A stretch of 63,159 bases of DNA, filler included, from Acidimicrobiia bacterium (lineage in GTDB: Bacteria; Actinomycetota; Acidimicrobiia; Spongiisociales; SHLN01): NCBI GenBank assembly GCA_041619515.1. It is 2 parts of 2 records of this genome, joined end to end, with 100 filler letters (N's around TTAATTAATTAA, not from the genome) between each part and the next. Parts side by side here need not be neighbours in the genome. Positions count along the whole stretch, not along the records: positions 1 to 31,814 come from JBFKDW010000004.1; 1 more part is not named here. The stretch is one strand, 5' to 3'. The notes below the pieces were generated by a model. It was not told where the DNA came from. It searched no databases and saw only the letters and a program-made list of their open reading frames with translations. The position numbers were made by a program, and so were the translations under genes. Positions 10,469-18,113 of the stretch are shown here, piece by piece. Positions within the stretch are counted from its first letter, which is position 1; each line of letters opens with the position of its first letter.

Positions 10469-11380
10469 ATGCAGCTAGGAATGGTCGGGCTCGGCAAGAT
10501 GGGCGCCAACATGACCGAGCGCCTCGTCAACGGCGGCCATGAGGTCATCGGTTATGACCGCGATCCCGCAGCCGTACAGCGAGCCGCCGGGGCGGGTGCG
10601 GGCAGCGCCGGATCGCTGGAAGATCTCGTCTCCCAGCTCGAATCTCCGAAACACGTGTGGGTGATGGTGCCCTCCGGCCCGCCCACCAGTTCCACGCTCG
10701 AGGCCCTGGCCGGCCTGCTCGAAGCCGGCAGCACGGTCGTCGACGGCGGGAACTCGTACTACCAGGACACCCAGCGCCTGGCGGGGGTGCTCGCCGGCGC
10801 GGGCGTGAACCTGGTCGACGTCGGGACCTCGGGAGGCATCTGGGGTCTCGCCGAGGGGTACAGCATGATGGTGGGCGGTGATCCCGAGGCCGTCGAGCGG
10901 CTCCGCCCTGTTTTCGAGACGCTGGCGCCTTCGGCCTCCACCGGGTGGGGACGGGTAGGTCCGGTCGGCGCGGGGCACTTCACCAAGATGATCCACAACG
11001 GGATCGAGTACGGGATCATGCAGGCTTACGCCGAGGGTTTCGCCATTTTGCATGACAAGGCCGAGTTCGGGCTGGACCTTGCCCAGGTCGGCGGCATCTG
11101 GAAGCACGGCAGCGTGGTCCGATCCTGGCTGCTCGATCTCACGGTCGATGCGTTGGAAGAGAACCCCGCCATGGAGGGCATCGCCCCCTACGTACCCGAC
11201 TCGGGGGAGGGCCGCTGGACGGTGGCCGAAGCGATAGCTCTCGATGTTGCCGCCCCCGTCATCACACTTGCCCTCATGCAGAGGATCGGGTCCCGCGATG
11301 AGGTCGAGTTCAGCGACCGGCTGCTGTCGGCGATGCGCGGCAAGTTTGGCGGGCATGCCGTCAAGCTGGAGGACCGATGA
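10469..11380 (+). CDS. gnd: 6-phosphogluconate dehydrogenase (decarboxylating), short form
   Basis: Motifs GLGKMG, VDGGNS, DVGTSGG, HFTKMIHNGIEYG, DSGEGRWT and FGGH. Confidence 0.95.
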   Translation: MQLGMVGLGKMGANMTERLVNGGHEVIGYDRDPAAVQRAAGAGAGSAGSLEDLVSQLESPKHVWVMVPSGPPTSSTLEALAGLLEAGSTVVDGGNSYYQDTQRLAGVLAGAGVNLVDVGTSGGIWGLAEGYSMMVGGDPEAVERLRPVFETLAPSASTGWGRVGPVGAGHFTKMIHNGIEYGIMQAYAEGFAILHDKAEFGLDLAQVGGIWKHGSVVRSWLLDLTVDALEENPAMEGIAPYVPDSGEGRWTVAEAIALDVAAPVITLALMQRIGSRDEVEFSDRLLSAMRGKFGGHAVKLEDR

Positions 11381-12819
11381 GCAGCTTCGACGGAGTGGTC
11401 TTCGTCATCGCCGGGGGTACCGGTGACCTGGCCCGCCGCAAGCTGATACCGGCCATTGCCCGCATCGTTGCCAAGAACGGCTGGTCGGATCGATTCCACG
11501 TGCTGGGGGTGGGCCGCGGCGACCAGGAGGACGAGGCCTACCGCGAGTGGGCACGCGAGAGCCTCTTGCTGATGGAAGCGCCGCCCGCCTCGGTGAGCGC
11601 ATGGTGCGATAGCTCGGTTCACTACGCATCGAGCGGCAAGGGGTGGCAGGCGGTGGCCGACAAGGTTGCGGCCATCGAGCGCCTGCATGAGCTCCCCGGC
11701 AATCGCGCCCTGTACCTGGCCATCCCGCCGCGGGCATTCCCCGATGCCATCGCCGGCATGTGCGACGTCGGGCTCGACCACAGCGCGGGCTTCACTCGCC
11801 TGGTGGTCGAAAAGCCGTTCGGCAGGGACCTCGCGTCTGCCCGCAGCCTCGACGAATCGGTGCATGCCGGCTTCGACGAGAGTCAGGTGTACCGAATCGA
11901 TCATTATCTCGGCAAGGAGACCGTCCAGAACCTGCTCGTCTTCCGCTTCGCCAACGCCCTCTTCGAAAGCTCGTGGAACCGGTCGCTCGTACGCAGCGTC
12001 GAGATCACTGTGGGAGAGCATCTCGGACTGGGAAAGCGCGCCGGCTACTACGACCAGGCCGGGGCCCTGCGTGACATGATTCAGAACCACGTCACCCAGT
12101 TGCTGACGCTGATAGCCATGGAGCCGCCGGTCAAGCTGGACGCCGACTCGATCCGGGACGAGAAGGTCAAAGTGCTGCGGTCCATCACCCCGATTGCGCG
12201 GGGAGACGTGGTGTACGGCCAGTACGTGGGCGGGGTCATCGAAGGCGAAACCGTTCCCGGCTACCTGGACGAGCCCGACGTGGCGAAGGATTCGACAACC
12301 GAGACCGCCGTCGGCTTGCGGGTGTTCATCGACAACTGGCGATGGCAGGGCGTCCCGTTCTATCTCCGAACCGGGAAGCGGTTTCCCGAGCGCCTCACTC
12401 GCATCGTGGTGCGATTCCTCAAACCTCCCGTGCGCCTCTTCGAGGTCGACGACAGCGCAGAAGTCCACTCCGACGCCATCATCATCACCCTCCAGCCCAA
12501 CGAGGGCTTCGAGCTGCTCTTCGACGTGAAGGCGCCCGCCGAGGGCATGGCTCTGGAGACGGTCCCGCTGGATTTCCGATACGCCGAAGCGTTCGGTGAC
12601 CTGCCGGATGCCTACGAGACGCTCATCGAAGACATCGTGCTGGGGGATCAGACCCTGTTTGTGCGCTCCGACGAGGTCGAAGCTGCTTGGAGGCTGTACC
12701 AGCCCATCCTCGATGATCCTCCGCTGCCCGAACCGTACGTGGCGGGAACCTGGGGACCCTCGTCACTGCAGAAGCTGCCGCACTCCACCGGTGACCGCTG
12801 GTGGGGGGAGCGACGCTGA
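11377..12819 (+). CDS. zwf: Glucose-6-phosphate 1-dehydrogenase
   Basis: Motifs GGTGDLARRKL, VEKPFG, RIDHYLGKE, RDMIQNH and GVPFYLRTGKR. Confidence 0.96.
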   Translation: MSSFDGVVFVIAGGTGDLARRKLIPAIARIVAKNGWSDRFHVLGVGRGDQEDEAYREWARESLLLMEAPPASVSAWCDSSVHYASSGKGWQAVADKVAAIERLHELPGNRALYLAIPPRAFPDAIAGMCDVGLDHSAGFTRLVVEKPFGRDLASARSLDESVHAGFDESQVYRIDHYLGKETVQNLLVFRFANALFESSWNRSLVRSVEITVGEHLGLGKRAGYYDQAGALRDMIQNHVTQLLTLIAMEPPVKLDADSIRDEKVKVLRSITPIARGDVVYGQYVGGVIEGETVPGYLDEPDVAKDSTTETAVGLRVFIDNWRWQGVPFYLRTGKRFPERLTRIVVRFLKPPVRLFEVDDSAEVHSDAIIITLQPNEGFELLFDVKAPAEGMALETVPLDFRYAEAFGDLPDAYETLIEDIVLGDQTLFVRSDEVEAAWRLYQPILDDPPLPEPYVAGTWGPSSLQKLPHSTGDRWWGERR

Positions 12820-12831
12820 TCGGCGGCGCGT

Positions 12832-13764
12832 TCAGTCCTTGAGGGTGACGAAACCCTGGACGCCGCCTGGGTTGGCGGGATGGCGGAGCTTTGCCATGGC
12901 CTTGCCCTCTATCTGACGGATCCGCTCACGGGTGAGGCGGAACTCCTGGCCGACCTGGTCGAGCGTGCGGGGGATGCCGTCCTGGAGACCGAACCGGAGG
13001 GTCAGCACCCGCTGCTCCCGTTCGTTGAGATTGCTGAGCAGCTGCCCGAGGACCTTTTTGCGCTGGTTGGCGGCTGCGAACTCGAAGGGGCTCAGTGACT
13101 CGTGATCCTCGATGAAATCACTGACGGTGGCCCCGTCATCGCCGACCGGATCGAACAGCGACAGCGGCTCGGGCGCTACCGAGATCGCCTGCATGACCTT
13201 GCGCCGCTCGATACCGGTCTCTTCGATCAGCTCCTCGATGGTGGGTGAGCGGCCGAGGCGGGCGAAGATGTACGACTCGGCTTTCTGGATGCGTCCGATG
13301 GCGTCGGTCATGTGAACCGGCGCTCTGATGGTGCGGCCTTTGTCGGCGATGGCCCGGTTGATGGCCTGGCGAATCCACCACGTTGCGTAAGTCGAGAACT
13401 TGAAACCCTTCTTCCAGTCGAACTTCTCGACCGCCCGGATGAGCCCCAGATTGCCTTCCTGGATGAGGTCGAGAAACGGAAGGCCCGAGGCGGTGTATCG
13501 CTTGGCGATCGACACCACCAGCCGGAGATTTGCCTGGATGAACCTGGCTTTGGCGTCCTCGCCGGCCAGGAGGATCTCCTCGAGCTCCGCCCGGCGGGCC
13601 CCGGAGCGGGCCCGGGTGAGGGACTGGCGGGCGTTTTCGCCCTCCTCGATCAACTTTGCCAGCTCGATCTCGCCTTCCGCGTCGAGCAAGTCGAACGTGC
13701 CGATCTCGTCGAGATACAGCTTGACCATGGCATCCCAGTTGTCCTGCGGTCGTGGACGTGACAT
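12832..13764 (-). CDS. Sigma-70 family RNA polymerase sigma factor, group 2 (RpoD-like, no region 1.1)
   Basis: Region 2 [13 protein letters not shown] and [35 protein letters not shown]; region 4 TRERIRQIE. Only 310 aa. Confidence 0.93.
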   Translation of the reverse strand: MSRPRPQDNWDAMVKLYLDEIGTFDLLDAEGEIELAKLIEEGENARQSLTRARSGARRAELEEILLAGEDAKARFIQANLRLVVSIAKRYTASGLPFLDLIQEGNLGLIRAVEKFDWKKGFKFSTYATWWIRQAINRAIADKGRTIRAPVHMTDAIGRIQKAESYIFARLGRSPTIEELIEETGIERRKVMQAISVAPEPLSLFDPVGDDGATVSDFIEDHESLSPFEFAAANQRKKVLGQLLSNLNEREQRVLTLRFGLQDGIPRTLDQVGQEFRLTRERIRQIEGKAMAKLRHPANPGGVQGFVTLKD

Positions 13765-13876
13765 AAGCGTGCGGGGCTCCTCAAGGCAGTGGCGGCCTCC
13801 CCGTTGTTTCGGAACCCGGGCGGGGTCCCTTGAGGAACTCGCTCCCTATGCGACATGCACACGTATATTTCCCGGC

Positions 13877-14869
13877 ATGAGAAGCGATCAGTCCAGGCTG
13901 ACCCGTCCGCCTTCCACCCCGACGAATGGGCCCGCGTGGCCCGGCCTGGTAGTGGCGGCCCTCCTCGTCGCAGCCGGCCTGGCGACGATTGCCTGGTATC
14001 CGCGTCAGCCGGCGGGCACCGGTCCGGAGGCCGTCAACTCGAGGCCGCTTCCCCCCGACCAGCAGCGATGGGGCGCCATGTACCGAGAGCTCACCCGGCC
14101 GGTCGTTTCCATCCAGGCCCCGGCGGTCTTGGACGACGGCTCCCGTTTGTCGTCTCTGTCGGTGTGGCGCCCCGGCTGGTTCGGGACGGGAACCGTCTGG
14201 CATTGGCTGTTCGAGGGCCCGGCAGGACAGTGGCTGCTGGTGGTGGTAGATCCCACGGTGCGGCACAAGGTTGGCAGCGACGAGGTCAAGAACCTGGCAT
14301 CGCTGGAGGCGGTGCGAATCGTCGAGGGCGGCGGCGGGCTGACGACGCTGGAGTGGGACCTCCCCGGCTATGCCATGACCATCCACGCCGCCGGAGTGCC
14401 AGAGGATGAGCTGGCAGCGGTGGCAGCCGGCATCATCCCGGGGGAGGAGCCGTCGATGGTCACGTCGCAAGCACCGGTGGTCACGTCGATTCCGGAGGGC
14501 ATGACGCTGTTGATACAGACCCGGGGCGAGGCGGGGACCGCTGGCCCGGGGACCTCCGGTTGGCGAGCCACCTATTTCGTGGCGGGAGGCGAGCAGGGAA
14601 CTGTCACCATCACTGCGGCTACGGAGCGGGCGCTGCCGTTCGTCCACCTGTTTCGCTCCGCCGGTGAGATCCAATCAGGAGTCCGCGGTGGCCCGGCCCT
14701 GGCATTCGACTACCCGGACGCCAGCACCATCAGCCTCACCAGCACCCGGGCCCGCCTCATCTGGATGGAAGACGATGTGATGGTCGAAGCAGTGTCCAAC
14801 CGGCTGCCCCTCAGCGAGCTTGCCGCCCTGGTCGAGAGTCTCGAACTGAGCGGGGATGCCGGGAACTGA
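13877..14869 (+). CDS. Hypothetical membrane-anchored protein
   Basis: One N-terminal TM (WPGLVVAALLVAAGLATIAWY) and host-like codon usage. TATATT lies 7 nt upstream of the ATG. Confidence 0.6.
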   Translation: MRSDQSRLTRPPSTPTNGPAWPGLVVAALLVAAGLATIAWYPRQPAGTGPEAVNSRPLPPDQQRWGAMYRELTRPVVSIQAPAVLDDGSRLSSLSVWRPGWFGTGTVWHWLFEGPAGQWLLVVVDPTVRHKVGSDEVKNLASLEAVRIVEGGGGLTTLEWDLPGYAMTIHAAGVPEDELAAVAAGIIPGEEPSMVTSQAPVVTSIPEGMTLLIQTRGEAGTAGPGTSGWRATYFVAGGEQGTVTITAATERALPFVHLFRSAGEIQSGVRGGPALAFDYPDASTISLTSTRARLIWMEDDVMVEAVSNRLPLSELAALVESLELSGDAGN

Positions 14870-14923
14870 TATGCAATTACACTGATCGAAGGTCACACAA
14901 CGCGGTCGAGCGGAGGGTTCACA

Positions 14924-16642
14924 GTGCGAACAGTGGTTGCCGCAATAGCGCTCGTCCTCGTGGCGGCCGTGGTGCCGGCGGGTCCGGTGGCAGCGGTCCC
15001 GGAGACGCTCCTGTGGGATACGGCCTGGTCGCTGCCCAACCGCGCCACACCCGCCGAGATCGAGGAATACTTCGATCACCTCGCCGCCAACGGGTTCTCC
15101 GGGGTGTGGATCATGACGGCACCCCACTATTGGCAGGGAGGCATGGCCGCCGCCAACTATGCCGGCGAGGCGATGGAGAGCTTCACCTCACCCAACCCCG
15201 AGTACCTCGCCCATATCGACTTTCTGCTCGACGAAGCCGCCGCCCGCGGCTTGCAGTTGGCGCTGGCGATTGCCTGGACGGTCGACTACGCCGGCGTGCG
15301 GCCCGGCGCCCAGGGAAAGCCGGTTCCCCCGCTCGATGATTGGTTCGATCCCGATGACCCCAACGTCGGTCAGAAGGCATTCGACTACGGGTATCTGGTA
15401 GGAGAGCGGTGGGGCGGCCATCCCGGCGTGTATGCGTGGGTGCTGGGCGGGGACTACTGGTGGGGCGACAGCGAGCTGCTGACCGAGGAGACGGTGGTAC
15501 AGATGGCCGCCGGGCTGGAAGCGGCAGGCGCGCTGGAACCGGTGACCTACGGTCCGGGTGGGGGATCGGGCAGCTGGCACCTGTTCGCCGACGACCCCTG
15601 GGTCGACATCGTGTCGTTCAACAACCACTGCATGGAGCCGGAGGACCTGCAGGCTGCATTGGAGGGCCTGGCGGTCTACGGCAAGCCCGTGGTGGCGGCG
15701 GAGGTGCGCTACGAGGCGGATGCCGCTCCCTTCTGTAACCCGGTCCGCGAGATCACTCCGGCCGACATCCGAGCCGACGTCGAAGCAACGGTGGCGGCGG
15801 GTGCCGCCGGCTACGTGTACGGCCATCACGACCGCTGGGCATGGGATCCGCCGGCGATGTCAACGCTCGGATCACCGGGCGAGCTGGAAGCGATGGACGT
15901 GCTCGGCCTGCCTCCCGAGCCCGAGCCGCCGGCGCCGACCAGTGAGGTGGTGCTCGTCGAGCCGGGGGGCCGGTGGCATCTGCGGATGGATGGCCGGCCC
16001 GACTGGACGTTCTGGTTCGGCGTCCCGGGTGACACCCCGCTGTTGGGCGACTGGGACGGCGACGGTGTCGCCACCCCCGGGATGTTCCGTCCCTCCAACG
16101 GGTACGCCTATCTGACCAACGTCCTGCCGGCCGACGGGTCGGTTGCCTTCGCCGATCCCGGCCTGTCGTTCTTCTACGGGATGGCCGGGGACCAGGTGTT
16201 CGTCGGTGACTGGGACGGCGACGGCCGCGACAGCCTCGGCATCAGCCGCAACGGCAAGATGTTCCTGCGCAACGCCAACAGCACCGGACCGGCCGACGTT
16301 GAATTCTGGTTCGGGCATGCCGCCGACATCGCCGTCGGTGGCAAGCCGGCGGGAGGCGCCTCAGACGGTCTCTTCCTCTACCGCCCCTCCAACGGCATGG
16401 TCTACTACACGGCTTCGCTGCCGGCGGGCGAGCTCGCTCAAACGGACGGCTCGTTCGGCATCGGGGCGGTCGACGGCGTGTTTGTCGGTGATTGGGACGG
16501 CAACGGGACCGAGACCGTCGGCACGTTCCATGCCGGCCGGCTGAGCCTGAGAAACACCAACGCCGCCGGGCCGCCCGACGCAAGCTACGACTGGGGGCTG
16601 CCCGTGTGGAGGCCCGTCGCCGGAACCCTCGGCCACGGCTAG
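14924..16642 (+). CDS. Secreted DUF4038/apiosidase-like glycoside hydrolase domain with C-terminal GDWDGDG (FG-GAP-like) repeats
   Basis: Signal peptide; TIM-barrel-type motifs WDTAW, PNPEYLAHID, WVLGGD, KPVVAAEVRYE and GYVYGH; Pro linker; three GDWDG(D/N)G repeats. Confidence 0.7.
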   Translation: MRTVVAAIALVLVAAVVPAGPVAAVPETLLWDTAWSLPNRATPAEIEEYFDHLAANGFSGVWIMTAPHYWQGGMAAANYAGEAMESFTSPNPEYLAHIDFLLDEAAARGLQLALAIAWTVDYAGVRPGAQGKPVPPLDDWFDPDDPNVGQKAFDYGYLVGERWGGHPGVYAWVLGGDYWWGDSELLTEETVVQMAAGLEAAGALEPVTYGPGGGSGSWHLFADDPWVDIVSFNNHCMEPEDLQAALEGLAVYGKPVVAAEVRYEADAAPFCNPVREITPADIRADVEATVAAGAAGYVYGHHDRWAWDPPAMSTLGSPGELEAMDVLGLPPEPEPPAPTSEVVLVEPGGRWHLRMDGRPDWTFWFGVPGDTPLLGDWDGDGVATPGMFRPSNGYAYLTNVLPADGSVAFADPGLSFFYGMAGDQVFVGDWDGDGRDSLGISRNGKMFLRNANSTGPADVEFWFGHAADIAVGGKPAGGASDGLFLYRPSNGMVYYTASLPAGELAQTDGSFGIGAVDGVFVGDWDGNGTETVGTFHAGRLSLRNTNAAGPPDASYDWGLPVWRPVAGTLGHG

Positions 16643-16710
16643 CCCCAGCTGGTATCAGGACTATGCCTACGCCAGCTCGACCGCCTCGAGGCCGAGGTTG
16701 ACGCTGCCGC

Positions 16711-18081
16711 TCAGATGCGCTCGAAATAGCGCTGGCGTTCCCAGTCGGTGACCGCCCGATCGAAGGCCGCCTGCTCCTGTTCGAAGAAGTGGCTGTAGTG
16801 GTCGACCACCGCGTCGCCGAGCGCGGCGCGGGCGAAGGCCGACCCGCGAAGGGCTGCGGTGGCCTCGGCCAGGCTGCCCGCCACCCGGCCCAGACCGGTG
16901 TCGCCATAGGCGTTACCGGTGAACTGCGGCGGCGGTTCGGTTCGAGCGGCGATCCCGTCGAGGCCCGAGGCGAGGGAAGCCGCAAAGGCCAGGTAGGGAT
17001 TGCAGTCTGCCCCCGGCAGCCGGCACTCGATGCGCAGGCTGGGCCCCGACCCGACGATTCGCATGGCGGCGGTGCGGTTGTCGACGCTCCAGGCCAGTGT
17101 GGTCGGGGCCCACGAGGAGTCCTGAAACCGCTTGTACGAGTTCACCGTCGGGGCGTAGAACGCCAGCATCTCCGGTGCCCGTGCCAGCCAGCCTCCCAGG
17201 AACCATCGGAACACGTCGCTCTCTCCGATCGATCCATCGCCGGCGAATGCGTTCTGGCCCGCGTCCCACAGGCTGAGATGCAGGTGGCAGCTGGAGCCGG
17301 CCTGGTCGGTGAACGGCTTCGCCATGAACGTCACGCTCAGGCCGAGTGACTCTGCAGTCTCCTTGAGGCATTGCTTGAGCACGACGTGGCGATCGGCCAT
17401 GGTGAGGACCTCGGCAAACCGCACGTTGATCTCGTGCTGGCCGCGTCCCCACTCACCCTTGGAAGTCTCGACCGGCACCCCCGACCGTTTCAGGTGGCGC
17501 CGGGCCGCCGCGGTCAGCCGTTCTTCGCGCATGCCCTGCAGCAGGTGATAGTCCTCGATGTACCAGCCGACCGGGTCGAGCTGGCGGTAGTGGCGGCCGG
17601 CCGCCTCCCGATACGAGTCCTCGAACGAGTAGTACTCGAGCTCGGAGGCTCCCATGACCTCGAACCCCGCCTCTGCGGCTCGCTCCACCTGCCGCCTCAG
17701 GATCGACCTCGGCGCCACCGACACCGGTGAGTGGGTGTCCCGGTCGGAGACGTCGCACAGGACCAGGGCGGTTCCCTCCAGCCAGGCGGCCACCCGCAGA
17801 GTCTCGAGGTCGGGGACGAGGTGGAAGTCGCCGTAGCCGAGCTGCCAGTTGGCAAACTCGTACCCTTCGACGGGCTCCATCTCCATGTCGACGGTGAGCA
17901 GATAGTCGCATGCGTGGGTGCCGTGCTGGGCCGCCTCCTCGAGGAAGAAATCGGCATCGAAACGCTTGCCCATCAGCCGCCCGTACTGATCGGTGAACCC
18001 CACCAACACCGTTTCGATCAGGCCCTGCCCGGTGCGGTGGCGCAGGTCGTCGAGGGAGAGCATCCCCAATGGCTCACTCAT
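16711..18081 (-). CDS. Glutamine synthetase-like gamma-glutamyl-amine ligase, GlnA4 type
   Basis: GS motifs SELEY, SKGEWGRGQHEI, GSSCHLHLSL, NSYKRF, DNRT and RIECRLPGAD. The N-terminus (GRLMGKRF..FFLE..HGTHACDYLL.VDMEM..V.GY...W..GYGDF) fits the actinobacterial GlnA4 pattern as I recall it. Confidence 0.85.
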   Translation of the reverse strand: MSEPLGMLSLDDLRHRTGQGLIETVLVGFTDQYGRLMGKRFDADFFLEEAAQHGTHACDYLLTVDMEMEPVEGYEFANWQLGYGDFHLVPDLETLRVAAWLEGTALVLCDVSDRDTHSPVSVAPRSILRRQVERAAEAGFEVMGASELEYYSFEDSYREAAGRHYRQLDPVGWYIEDYHLLQGMREERLTAAARRHLKRSGVPVETSKGEWGRGQHEINVRFAEVLTMADRHVVLKQCLKETAESLGLSVTFMAKPFTDQAGSSCHLHLSLWDAGQNAFAGDGSIGESDVFRWFLGGWLARAPEMLAFYAPTVNSYKRFQDSSWAPTTLAWSVDNRTAAMRIVGSGPSLRIECRLPGADCNPYLAFAASLASGLDGIAARTEPPPQFTGNAYGDTGLGRVAGSLAEATAALRGSAFARAALGDAVVDHYSHFFEQEQAAFDRAVTDWERQRYFERI

Positions 18082-18113
18082 CTACGTCCTCCCGCCGGCG
18101 TGTTGCGGCCACC

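Noticed and set aside
16711..18081. Calling the GS-like gene a true glutamine synthetase (glnA)
   Set aside because: The N-terminal pattern fits the GlnA4-type gamma-glutamyl-amine ligases rather than GSI.
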